Shown here one piece after another: positions 8,493 to 17,358 of a stretch of DNA of 64,000 nucleotides (within the stretch, counting starts at the first letter, position 1; every line of letters starts with the position of its first letter). Origin of the DNA: a virus; the UHGV virus genome UHGV-0279745; one strand, 5' to 3'. The position numbers were made by a program, and so were the translations under genes. The notes under the pieces are model-generated. The model saw nothing but the letters and a program-made list of their open reading frames with translations, had not been told where the DNA came from and ran no database searches.

Positions 8493-8540
8493 TTGGGAGA
8501 ACCTTCGGGTTCTCCCTTTCTTTATTTTTTTTTCTTTTTA
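8493..8540 (+). terminator. intrinsic terminator
   Basis: gggagaacc-ttcg-ggttctccc hairpin plus long T-run. Confidence 0.7.
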
Positions 8541-8569
8541 CACCACACTCCGTCTTTATGGAGGTGGGT

Positions 8570-11074
8570 ATGCTAAAAGTTGAACGGATTATACTCAAAG
8601 GTTTTACGGGGATGGGATTACATGAAATTGAAACCTTCGATTTCACTATCCAGTCTCCGACAACAATTATCCTGGGTGGGAACGGCTGCGGGAAAACCAG
8701 TCTACTGTCTGTGTTCCTACCCTTAGCACCGGCTAAAACCGAATTCAGGGACGGCGGTTCTTACACAAACTACTGTTTAGTTGGCGATCAACGCTATCGT
8801 TTCAAAGTTGCCCGTAAAGGCAACTCTTTGGTTTGCGATATTGAGAACCTGACCACGGGGGCAAAGATCGTCGAGCAAGGTAATGCGAAAGTCTACAACT
8901 CCCGTGTTGAAGAAATCACAGGTATTACAAAAGAGATTAAAGAATTATTAAATGGTGAGGTGTTGTTAACCGATGCGGGAACCGAATTACGCCGCAAATG
9001 GTTTTACCGTTTAAGTACCTCTGATCTCACTTACGCGTTAGGGTTTTATCAACGTTTACGTAAAAACCTTACTGCCTTAAATGGGGGTATTGAAATCACC
9101 AGCCGTAAGATCGCCGAATTACGGACGCGTGTTATTGAGAACGAGGAAGAACGGCAGCAGTTAGCGACGAGATTAAAAGGTTTGGAATCGGATTTACGTG
9201 AACTGAACCGAGAAATCGAACAGTTACCAGGATTAAATCGTGCCGTCACCATCGAAACAATCCAAGCGTTATTAAACAGCTTGGGTCCAACCATCGACGC
9301 AATATTACAACATCGTGGTGGATTGCCTACTGATGAACAGATACTGGCCGCGCGACAAAACGAAGCGACGGCCCGCGAAGCCGTCGTGTCTACTGAAACA
9401 GAGGTATCGATGTTGAATAAAGACTTGTCGCTACTGATGGATGAGTCGACACGACAAGACTACCTGATGCGGAATCACGAAGGTCTCAAGAATACACTGG
9501 CACGTTTACGTGAGTTACTTACCAAATGGGACACCGAGCATCTCTTTCCGGGTTTATTTAACGACAACATCAATTTAGACCAACTTCGTGCGGCTACCGA
9601 CGCGCGTGTTTGGGGGCAACGGTTAGGAACAACACTGGACGCAATTCATTCAACCGAAAAACTTAATGTTTTGGAAGAACGGCTTCTGGTGATGGATCAA
9701 AAAACCGCAGGGTTGCGGGATAGACTCCAGCGAGTGGAGAACGTTTTACAGAATTTAAATCACGAACGTAATCACTACTTAGAAACAGCGGAAGTGGATT
9801 GCCCGCAGTGTCGGTTTAAGTTCCGTCCTGGCGTTACGCGTTCTTTACCTGAACTTGAGTCTTCGATTCGCGGACAACAACAGCAGCGCACGGAACTGCA
9901 AACGCAGTTAGAGACTCTATTACGCGATCGTGTTGAGTTAGAATCCGATGTAACTTATATGCGGCAGGTTCGTGAGATTGTACTGACGTATTCAAAGGAC
10001 CCGGTATTGAGCATGTTCTTTAAGCGTTTGCAAGAACGTAACGTTTTCACAGAATCACGTGAACAGTTCGGGAGTCTATGCGCAGCGTTTGACAGTGAGT
10101 TGTACTCTGCTATTGAGTACCATGAAACCCGTCAACGGTTAGTGAAGGCGGAAAAAGAATGGCAGGATGCCGTGGCGGCCGTTGGTAACGTCGATGGTGC
10201 TTTACAACAGAAAATTGCTTTCCAACAGTCACGATTAGGTAAAGCCACAGAGATGCTCTCAATGCGTCGTAGAGAGTACGAACTGGCTAACACGACACTT
10301 ACCTATCTGGTGAATGTTAAACGTGCTGTAGATGATTTCAGTGCGTTATTCGAACGGTTAGAGAGTGATGTTAAGGTTACGTTGACAAATACGGTCGTCG
10401 AGGAACTCTTACGTGCACGAGAAGGGAAGCTGGATGCTTTTACAACCGCACGCGAACGTTATCGTCAGATGGAAAATGAATTGAATCAGCTCAACAGTTT
10501 GGAACGCGAACTTGCTGACTTACAAGCCCAGCAATTCAATAACAAACTGATGATTCAAGCCTTCTCTCCAGAAAAGGGTGTACTTAGAAAGTATTTTTAC
10601 AACGCTATCGTTAGAATCACAGAGTTAATGACGCGTTATATCGAACAGGTCTGGACGTACCCCATGCGCGTTATGCCTTGTGACCTCACTGACGGCGATT
10701 TGGATTATACTTTTCCTGTCCAGCTAAAAACGCATCCTGAGCCTGTTCCTGACGTGCGTAAAGGGTCTAAGGCGCAGCGTGCGATATTTAATCTGATGTT
10801 CAGGCTGACTGCGTACAAAGCGCTGAAGTTGCATCAGTTTCCGTTGCTTTTGGATGAGCCTTCGGAAGGCATGGATGAGGAGCACCGTAACAACCTGGTC
10901 GGTTTTATTAAAACGTTAGCAAACTCGGGAGAATTTTCCCAACTGTTGGTAGTCTCCCACGAAGCCGAGGTTCATTCTAAACTTAATGAAGCATCGTACT
11001 GTGTCATCGAACCGGAAGGGGTGACATTGCCTGCGGTGTATAACGAAGGAGTAAAAATTGTTTATGCAAACTGA
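8570..11074 (+). CDS. SbcC/Rad50-like recombination ATPase
   Basis: Start moved to ATG 8570 (RBS GGAGGTGGG, downstream of terminator); Walker A GGNGCGKTS, long coiled-coil middle, CPQC zinc hook, C-terminal LLDEPSEGMD. Confidence 0.7.
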   Translation: MLKVERIILKGFTGMGLHEIETFDFTIQSPTTIILGGNGCGKTSLLSVFLPLAPAKTEFRDGGSYTNYCLVGDQRYRFKVARKGNSLVCDIENLTTGAKIVEQGNAKVYNSRVEEITGITKEIKELLNGEVLLTDAGTELRRKWFYRLSTSDLTYALGFYQRLRKNLTALNGGIEITSRKIAELRTRVIENEEERQQLATRLKGLESDLRELNREIEQLPGLNRAVTIETIQALLNSLGPTIDAILQHRGGLPTDEQILAARQNEATAREAVVSTETEVSMLNKDLSLLMDESTRQDYLMRNHEGLKNTLARLRELLTKWDTEHLFPGLFNDNINLDQLRAATDARVWGQRLGTTLDAIHSTEKLNVLEERLLVMDQKTAGLRDRLQRVENVLQNLNHERNHYLETAEVDCPQCRFKFRPGVTRSLPELESSIRGQQQQRTELQTQLETLLRDRVELESDVTYMRQVREIVLTYSKDPVLSMFFKRLQERNVFTESREQFGSLCAAFDSELYSAIEYHETRQRLVKAEKEWQDAVAAVGNVDGALQQKIAFQQSRLGKATEMLSMRRREYELANTTLTYLVNVKRAVDDFSALFERLESDVKVTLTNTVVEELLRAREGKLDAFTTARERYRQMENELNQLNSLERELADLQAQQFNNKLMIQAFSPEKGVLRKYFYNAIVRITELMTRYIEQVWTYPMRVMPCDLTDGDLDYTFPVQLKTHPEPVPDVRKGSKAQRAIFNLMFRLTAYKALKLHQFPLLLDEPSEGMDEEHRNNLVGFIKTLANSGEFSQLLVVSHEAEVHSKLNEASYCVIEPEGVTLPAVYNEGVKIVYAN

Positions 11075-11243
11075 TTGGTTCCGTCGTATTGTGGATGCGG
11101 TAGGGTTTGGCTTCATGTCCATTTTAGCGGTTCTTTATGTCATGTTTTGTGTGGTGATGATTTTATGGGTAGTTTCATCTTATCTGATTAAACTATCGTG
11201 GGGTTCAATTTGGCGTCAACGCGAATGCGAATGGCGGAATTAG
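11064..11243 (+). CDS. small membrane protein (59 aa), translationally coupled to the SbcC-like gene
   Basis: ATG at 11064 with GAAGGAG RBS inside the 3' end of the upstream gene; one hydrophobic helix. Confidence 0.5.
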   Translation: MQTDWFRRIVDAVGFGFMSILAVLYVMFCVVMILWVVSSYLIKLSWGSIWRQRECEWRN

Positions 11244-11253
11244 GAGAGGGAAT

Positions 11254-11352
11254 ATGGTTGTAGGGGTTCTGTTAACACTTGGCTCGTTGTGGTTAATTGG
11301 TAAAGGTTTAAACTGGCTGATTAAACGTCACCGTTGGGCGTTCGAAGATTAA
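11254..11352 (+). CDS. tiny membrane protein (32 aa)
   Basis: GGAGAGGG RBS then ATG; MVVGVLLTLGSLWLIGKG... single TM helix; not in ORF track. Confidence 0.3.
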   Translation: MVVGVLLTLGSLWLIGKGLNWLIKRHRWAFED

Positions 11353-11409
11353 CCACCCAAATAATCCAGAAGATACCCTCCGGTGTGAGGGTATTGACAG
11401 GAGCAGAAA

Positions 11410-11538
11410 ATGACCACGATAAACGCTACGAATGTAGCGATATCCGCACTATACGACGCGGAACTTTCATGGGGTGGATTAATAATCACCACAGCCATAT
11501 TAGCCGCTGCGGCTTTCGTCATCGCGCGTTGGTTTTAA
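11410..11538 (+). CDS. tiny membrane protein (42 aa)
   Basis: CAGGAG RBS then ATG; hydrophobic C-terminal helix; not in ORF track. Confidence 0.3.
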   Translation: MTTINATNVAISALYDAELSWGGLIITTAILAAAAFVIARWF

Positions 11539-11569
11539 TTTTACTTTTTTGCGTCTCTAAGGTTTGCAA

Positions 11570-12013
11570 ATGGAAATTTATTTGTTGAACGCATCTTCTA
11601 AAGTCGGTGAGCGACAAGCTGCCGATTTACTCAAACTACACTACCGTTACTTAGACCACCAGGCCACGTTACTGAAAATCAAAATGTCGGTGCCGAAGTT
11701 AAATGCGCGACAGCTGATCGAAGGTAACTGCATAGTTCTGGTGTATCAGGATGATGTCGCGGTAGGATACTGTAGTTATCGGAATCGTAACGGCTCACTT
11801 AAGATACGTTCGGTATACGTGCTCCCAGACCATCGTCAACGGGGTGTAATGAAAGAGATTTTCAAAGCAATTGCAGCTGATGAAGTTTTCGGCGAGATTG
11901 TTACTGGCATGTATGCGAAATGTAAAGAAGCAAAAGAGTATTTCATCCGACGCGGCTATCAGGCGGTTTACTCACGCGATCGTGAGTGGGTCGATTTTAG
12001 CAAAACATTCTAA
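11570..12013 (+). CDS. GNAT-family N-acetyltransferase (putative)
   Basis: ATG at 11570; GNAT motif A-like VLPDHRQRGVMKEIF. Confidence 0.55.
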   Translation: MEIYLLNASSKVGERQAADLLKLHYRYLDHQATLLKIKMSVPKLNARQLIEGNCIVLVYQDDVAVGYCSYRNRNGSLKIRSVYVLPDHRQRGVMKEIFKAIAADEVFGEIVTGMYAKCKEAKEYFIRRGYQAVYSRDREWVDFSKTF

Positions 12014-12079
12014 AAACAATAAAGCTCTCTTGGCGTACCTCACTATGAGTGTGAGAAATTTACGTCAGGAGAGCTAATT

Positions 12080-12325
12080 ATGTTAAAATCGTACGGAGTG
12101 GGTGGTTTGGATACGAGTATTTGTTGGAAAGAATACGAACGTGCGAAAGCGTTCTTACAGCATCCCAATGTGGGGACAATAGGTAAGGTCTGTTTCGGCA
12201 AACCTTCACTGACGGCTTGTATCCAAGGGGCTTTAGGGACGTTGCCACCCGAAACACATTTCGAGCCTGAGGAGAATATGAATGTTCACAGAGAACCCAT
12301 CAATTTACGGCATACCGTTGAATGA
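12080..12325 (+). CDS. hypothetical protein
   Basis: ORF track; RBS caggagagc; overlaps next gene by 44 nt. Confidence 0.45.
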   Translation: MLKSYGVGGLDTSICWKEYERAKAFLQHPNVGTIGKVCFGKPSLTACIQGALGTLPPETHFEPEENMNVHREPINLRHTVE

Positions 12326-12650
12326 AATTGATATTCTGCAAATTTGTTATCAGTGCGGCGACTTCGGTAAGACACAAGTAACGCCGTTAGTTAAGCTTTT
12401 AGGTTACTTGCCTGAAATCGAGTTACCTTTTGTTAAACCTAGCTTAGTTCGTCGCGCATCGTGTCGCGAAGCTTATTTGCTCTGGAAACACAATATTTCA
12501 GTAGAGAAGGTCTGGGACCGTATGAACGATCATCAGTTCCGTGAGCAGGTCGTGCACACGCTTAACTTGGCACTGACTATGCAACGCCTGGGCTTACAAC
12601 ACGAGGGTTTAGAAGCGGCGGTCAAGCAATGGATTACGAAAAATCGATAA
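12282..12650 (+). CDS. hypothetical protein
   Basis: ORF track; RBS gaggaga. Confidence 0.5.
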   Translation: MFTENPSIYGIPLNEIDILQICYQCGDFGKTQVTPLVKLLGYLPEIELPFVKPSLVRRASCREAYLLWKHNISVEKVWDRMNDHQFREQVVHTLNLALTMQRLGLQHEGLEAAVKQWITKNR

Positions 12651-12737
12651 TGGGTAAAACATATATCGCTATACTTGTCGAGCTATCAATCGGCGGTACA
12701 CGTTTTAATACTACACATCAACTCCGGGCGTTTCGTT

Positions 12738-13235
12738 ATGTTAACGGTACGTAAAGAATCTGAAATTGGTAACGATCTTTTTAATGCGCCCGAAGACTAT
12801 AAAGTCGTTACCATTAATTGCGTAGGAGCGATGGGTCGCGGTATTGCACTCGCGTGTCGTGAACGCTACCCCAACCTTTACCAGGATTATCGTAAGCGGT
12901 GTCGTGAAAACGAAATTAAGATTGGAAACGTTTACGTTTACTCTGACGAAAAGTGTATCTTGCTCCCCACGAAAACCCATTGGCGCTTAAAGTCCCAGGT
13001 TTCTTATGTTACTGCGGGCATTACCGCACTAGCGGATTGTGCTGAGGATCTGGATACCAGCGTTGCTATCCCTCCACTGGGAATGGCAAACGGGTGGTTA
13101 GATTCCTGGGAAAGACAAGAAATCTTTTTGTGGCTTTACAAAAAACTTGAATCAAGGAGACAACACTACACGTTATACTTACCTGATAAGTTGTACCAAG
13201 AAGCAGAGTCATTAATTCCAAACTCTTTTAAATAG
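12738..13235 (+). CDS. macro-domain-like protein (tentative; ADP-ribose binding/processing fold)
   Basis: ATG 12738 preferred over TTG 12675; motif VTINCVGAMGRGIALA resembles the macro-domain glycine-rich loop; assignment from motif only. Confidence 0.4.
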   Translation: MLTVRKESEIGNDLFNAPEDYKVVTINCVGAMGRGIALACRERYPNLYQDYRKRCRENEIKIGNVYVYSDEKCILLPTKTHWRLKSQVSYVTAGITALADCAEDLDTSVAIPPLGMANGWLDSWERQEIFLWLYKKLESRRQHYTLYLPDKLYQEAESLIPNSFK

Positions 13236-13253
13236 ATATTATCATTAGGGCAC
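13234..13253 (+). promoter_or_regulatory. candidate promoter-like element, variant class (agatattatcattagggcac)
   Basis: Shares the AGATAT..TTATC core with two other intergenic sites and resembles the early motif. Confidence 0.25.
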
Positions 13254-13335
13254 ACAACAAAGGAGTATTAGCTGTCCGCGCCGTCATTTCGTCTTACGGA
13301 ATACGGAAATGTATAAATCCAACTGGAGAAACAAA

Positions 13336-14034
13336 ATGTTTCGTATCTTCTTTCTTTTACTGGTAACACTTTTCGCGTTTAACGCACAGGCGTCAACGTC
13401 AACGCCACATTCTAAGCATCAGCGTGAGTTTGCACAAATCCAACATCGGTTCGAAAAAGTCAGCCCGTTAATTGTGGAAATCTCACGAAAGCAGGGCGTT
13501 GATCCCAAGCTGATGATTACGCTGATTTATCGTGAATCGCGTTTTGATCCCAAGGCTTACAACAAAAGCTCACGAGCACATAGCCTGGTACAAATGCTTC
13601 CAAGTACCAAACGTAATCTGCTAAAGCTTTATGGAAAAGAATTAGGTCTTAGTCAGAACGCCGATTTGTATAATCCGCGCAACGCTGTTTTGCTGGCTAC
13701 CGCGTATGTTAAACATCTTGAGAAGGGGTTAACCAAACGACTCAAACGCAAGCCCACCATGGCTGAAATTGCGTTAGCTTACCACTGGGGTGAAAGTGGC
13801 GCTCACACGCGAATCAAAAGCAAATCTCGAGCAGCACAACGAGAAATGGCAGGCTTTATGAAAGACGCCGCGTTCTATAGCGCGAAAATCGATGTGCCTG
13901 TTGTTGTGGGCTCGGCCCCACGTCAGCTTGCGTTTGCGAAGAAAACACCACGTCAGATTCAACTGGCGGAAGTTAGTAGAATTTGGGATACGATAAACAC
14001 GAGTTTTCCAATCAATAGAGGAGTTACCCTTTGA
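13336..14034 (+). CDS. secreted lytic transglycosylase (SLT domain)
   Basis: ATG 13336 with GGAGA RBS; signal peptide MFRIFFLLLVTLFAFNAQA; SLT motif ESRFDPKAYNKSSRAHSLVQMLPST. Confidence 0.6.
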   Translation: MFRIFFLLLVTLFAFNAQASTSTPHSKHQREFAQIQHRFEKVSPLIVEISRKQGVDPKLMITLIYRESRFDPKAYNKSSRAHSLVQMLPSTKRNLLKLYGKELGLSQNADLYNPRNAVLLATAYVKHLEKGLTKRLKRKPTMAEIALAYHWGESGAHTRIKSKSRAAQREMAGFMKDAAFYSAKIDVPVVVGSAPRQLAFAKKTPRQIQLAEVSRIWDTINTSFPINRGVTL

Positions 14035-14540
14035 GCATCGTAGTAACCGATTGGTATAAAGGCATTACAAAAGCCGCACAATTGACCGCGAAAGACGTTT
14101 ACAGTATCGTCCGAAGCAGTATCGAAGACGAGATTAAGTCGGATGAAGAATTCGCTGAGAAACACGAATTTTACGATGCTTTACCCACAGCATTCGGCGA
14201 CGACGAAGAAGAAGGTTTAGAGTTTGACTGGAACGTCAACCTTGCCTTACTGTGGATTTGTGGTTTACGGCCAACGGTAAAAGAAACCGAAGAAGGAAAA
14301 GTCTTGCTTTGGAATTTTACCGGGCAGTATAACCGTAATTTAGTCTTTAAACAGGCGTATATGGACGCTACTGTAGAACTTCAAAATCTACTGCTTGGCG
14401 AAAACACATACTGCCAACGCAGTTTCTTAACGATTCTGGAAAAACTTGTGTCGACACACAAAGTCTGGCGTAAAGAAGACGCCCCGGAACATATGTTCAT
14501 TTTAGAGTACGCTGTCATTCCAAATCAGCCGTTCTTCTAA
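14031..14540 (+). CDS. hypothetical protein
   Basis: ORF track; TTG start overlapping upstream stop, AGGAG 7 nt upstream. Confidence 0.5.
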   Translation: MSIVVTDWYKGITKAAQLTAKDVYSIVRSSIEDEIKSDEEFAEKHEFYDALPTAFGDDEEEGLEFDWNVNLALLWICGLRPTVKETEEGKVLLWNFTGQYNRNLVFKQAYMDATVELQNLLLGENTYCQRSFLTILEKLVSTHKVWRKEDAPEHMFILEYAVIPNQPFF

Positions 14541-14544
14541 TCCC

Positions 14545-14586
14545 TACCCCTTACCCTATACGGTGTAAGGGGTACTTTTATTTTCA
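14545..14586 (+). terminator. intrinsic terminator
   Basis: ccccttac/gtaagggg hairpin plus T-run. Confidence 0.6.
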
Positions 14587-14606
14587 TTCCCTAAAGGAGC
14601 AGAGTT

Positions 14607-15086
14607 ATGATAAAATTCATTTGGCGTTATCCAACGCGTTTTTGGTTTGTGGTACTTGAACTGTGTATGGTTCTTGTAGCGGTTACTTTTGTCGAAGCGC
14701 CCGCCTCGCAGTTGGCCATTTTCTGCCTTTTCGTGACTGTCCCTGTATGGGTGATTGCGAAGGCTATTAAGTTCGTCATGGTGTGTTGGGCGAATTATAC
14801 CTGTCCGTATAAGCCTAAACAAATCATGAAATGGCTGATGTATATTGAAGAACGTTTACCGGCGCAACATAAATTACTGGGCTGGTCGTCAATGTTGGAT
14901 ATTGCACTAGAAACCAATGCAAAGTTCCCCGGTGCGAAAAACCCTTATTTGTTGATGGCGGTAATTGTTGCACAACAAAAACTGGTGGGTGACCGTTGGT
15001 TGCCAGAAGAAGCGAAAGCGTATATCCGTAAACATCCAAAAGCTTTTTACTCGGTAGGACAATGGCGTAACTTGCCATTATTTTAA
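14607..15086 (+). CDS. membrane protein (multiple predicted TM helices)
   Basis: ORF track; RBS cctaaaggagc; hydrophobic N-terminal half. Confidence 0.65.
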   Translation: MIKFIWRYPTRFWFVVLELCMVLVAVTFVEAPASQLAIFCLFVTVPVWVIAKAIKFVMVCWANYTCPYKPKQIMKWLMYIEERLPAQHKLLGWSSMLDIALETNAKFPGAKNPYLLMAVIVAQQKLVGDRWLPEEAKAYIRKHPKAFYSVGQWRNLPLF

Positions 15087-15140
15087 CTTTTTTACATAAC
15101 CCTTAGTTGATTTGAACAAACCTAAAAGAGGACTATTAAA

Positions 15141-16076
15141 ATGACTTTTCCATCTGAAGTAATTCACGAACTGGCTAACACGCTACGTCGTTACCATAGC
15201 AGCAAGACGATGCAAACCAATGTGGGTGCGACCGCCGACTTTTTACGTGGTTATTTCCTGGGCAGAAATCCAACGTCGATTACACAGGAAACGGTTTTCT
15301 CTATCGAACGTACCTCCTTAATCCTTCCAATTGATAATTTCACTGCGTTTCAAGAAAGGAATACGTTCAACTTCTCTATGGGAATGCTGTATTCGACCAT
15401 CGCCATTAATCCCATCATGAGAGATGACCCATCTTTCGTGCCTTACCAACATACAACGGATCACGGTAATTGGTTCGTTGTGGTAGAACAAGGTGCGAAT
15501 CAGTATGATGTTGTTGCAGCTCGTGACGAAGCTTTCTTTGATTTAGGGCAGATTTATCGCCGTCAAGAAATTGCGTTTGACCTACGTCAAGGTAATATCG
15601 GATTAAGTGGGTCTGCTGTCTATTTCATCCTGAGTAGTTGGTCACATGTAGGTTTTGTGCTGATGAAAAAAGGACCGTTGTTCAACTCACCGTTGGTAAA
15701 ATACCATAACCCTGAGGAAGGAGATCATGACGAAGAAGAAACGGTACCTAGCACAGAAGTCGCCGTTTGTGAAAACTACGATGATCTGAAATCTGTACTC
15801 GTTAAGCGTGATGTTTTCGAATCGTTAAACCTGGATTTCCCCGGTGACGAAAATGAAATATCCGTAGCTGACCTGGTAGAAGCGTTGTGTCAGAAAGACC
15901 AAGCTAACGAAATTAGCGACGAAGAAGCAGAACTCTTCCAAGTTCAACAACTCGTCAGCAAGGTTATCGGTGGACAGGGAATCGTTGACACTCTTATGGC
16001 TCTACCGCCGAAGAAACGAACTCAGAAGTATATTCGTGAGCTGGTTCTTGAAAACCTGGGTCAAACCAAAAAGTAA
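15141..16076 (+). CDS. hypothetical protein
   Basis: ORF track; RBS aaaagaggac. Confidence 0.65.
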   Translation: MTFPSEVIHELANTLRRYHSSKTMQTNVGATADFLRGYFLGRNPTSITQETVFSIERTSLILPIDNFTAFQERNTFNFSMGMLYSTIAINPIMRDDPSFVPYQHTTDHGNWFVVVEQGANQYDVVAARDEAFFDLGQIYRRQEIAFDLRQGNIGLSGSAVYFILSSWSHVGFVLMKKGPLFNSPLVKYHNPEEGDHDEEETVPSTEVAVCENYDDLKSVLVKRDVFESLNLDFPGDENEISVADLVEALCQKDQANEISDEEAELFQVQQLVSKVIGGQGIVDTLMALPPKKRTQKYIRELVLENLGQTKK

Positions 16077-16083
16077 TTTAAAT

Positions 16084-16118
16084 CCCCTACTCCTCCGGGA
16101 GTAGGGTTAATTCTTTTT
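16084..16118 (+). terminator. intrinsic terminator (CCCTACTCC/GGAGTAGGG stem family)
   Basis: ccctactcc-tccg-ggagtaggg plus T-run. Confidence 0.7.
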
Positions 16119-16137
16119 CCACCTTAGGAGTATTAAA

Positions 16138-16689
16138 ATGTTTCCATCGTCTGAATATTTAACTCATCTGGCTTACGGTATTCGCCGTGGTTCTGTTTTC
16201 CGCACACGTTTAAAGGATATAAATTTCCTGGCTAATTTCTTATTTGATCGTTTGTGGGATGGCGATAGTGTTTACAAAAAGATCACCGTAACACAACTTT
16301 ATTCCCTTATAGCAGCATCTGAAATTGTGCCTACGGATATTCGTCGATTTAAACGACAGCATAACGGGGATGTTACAATCAGCTTTCTTGATCGTTCTCC
16401 TATTACCGTTGAAATCGACGATCGTATTGACGCTAATAGTGAAATGTCTGGTTGGAAGATTCTGTTTGATTGTGGCAATCGTTATGCGGTACTTGGTTCC
16501 TCTGATGAGCGCGACTTCCCATTCGACAAACCCTACTACTACCTCAGTGAAGACGATTTCCCGGATAAAGAATCCAACATCTTTTTAAACGGAGACACAG
16601 TTTACTTCATTTTTCGTACCTGGAACGATGTTGCTGCTATGATTGCTCAAGGCGTCATCGATTACCGTAAACTAGAAGTTGACATTTAA
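16138..16689 (+). CDS. hypothetical protein
   Basis: ORF track; RBS ccttaggagtattaaaatg. Confidence 0.65.
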   Translation: MFPSSEYLTHLAYGIRRGSVFRTRLKDINFLANFLFDRLWDGDSVYKKITVTQLYSLIAASEIVPTDIRRFKRQHNGDVTISFLDRSPITVEIDDRIDANSEMSGWKILFDCGNRYAVLGSSDERDFPFDKPYYYLSEDDFPDKESNIFLNGDTVYFIFRTWNDVAAMIAQGVIDYRKLEVDI

Positions 16690-16700
16690 AATAAAAGCTA

Positions 16701-16731
16701 CCCTACTCCCGAAGGAGTAGGGTAATCTTTT
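16701..16731. terminator. bidirectional intrinsic terminator between convergent genes
   Basis: ccctactcc-cgaa-ggagtaggg flanked by A-run upstream and T-run downstream. Confidence 0.7.
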
Positions 16732-17355
16732 TTAGTTAACTAACCCGTTAGCTTTAAGAATCTCTAACATTTGGTTGTTTAACTCTTTTAATTTTTTGTT
16801 CTCTTCTGTCAACGCAGCAACTTTCTCACCTAATGGAATAGATTCACGAATTTTATTTTTTCGTGCCGCTTCCATCTGCAAGTGTTGTTCCTCCGTTACC
16901 TTTCCTTCATACTCGAGCGTTGTAATTTCAACTTTCGGCTCAATCCCTAGTGTATGCGTGAGAATATCTGAAACGTCTTTTGTTATAGACGACACTTTCA
17001 CGTAATCCGGTACCAGTGCCAAATCTACCACTAACACATTTCGTTGATACGTGATCCCGGATAAACCTGGGTATGATTCCAGGTAGGTGTCAGGTATGTA
17101 TACAACTTGACCGTCCCGAGATTTAAATGTCAGAATCGATGCACTAACATTCGCATCTGCTAAATATTCTTCACGTCCTAGCCCTACTGGCTGGTAATAC
17201 GAGTTATAAACGTCAATATTCTGACGTACTAAATCTGGGAAGGTACGTGACGCTTCTACCGTATAAATGACCGTCTCGGCTAAAGTAAACGGTGTTTTTA
17301 CTTTAAACAGTCCCGTGGTGTTGACTGGTACCTGGAGTGGTAAACGCGTAGCCAT
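16732..17355 (-). CDS. hypothetical protein (possible virion protein)
   Basis: ORF track; minus-strand pair with 17359..18732. Confidence 0.6.
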   Translation of the reverse strand: MATRLPLQVPVNTTGLFKVKTPFTLAETVIYTVEASRTFPDLVRQNIDVYNSYYQPVGLGREEYLADANVSASILTFKSRDGQVVYIPDTYLESYPGLSGITYQRNVLVVDLALVPDYVKVSSITKDVSDILTHTLGIEPKVEITTLEYEGKVTEEQHLQMEAARKNKIRESIPLGEKVAALTEENKKLKELNNQMLEILKANGLVN

Positions 17356-17358
17356 TCA

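Noticed and set aside
8354-8569. N-terminal extension of the SbcC-like ORF as given in the ORF track
   Set aside because: The extension spans an intrinsic terminator (8493..8540) and precedes a strong RBS+ATG at 8570 that places the Walker A at the expected N-terminal position.
11334-11588. 84-aa ORF from the track
   Set aside because: No convincing start context; the region is better explained by two tiny RBS-preceded membrane ORFs and the GNAT gene start.
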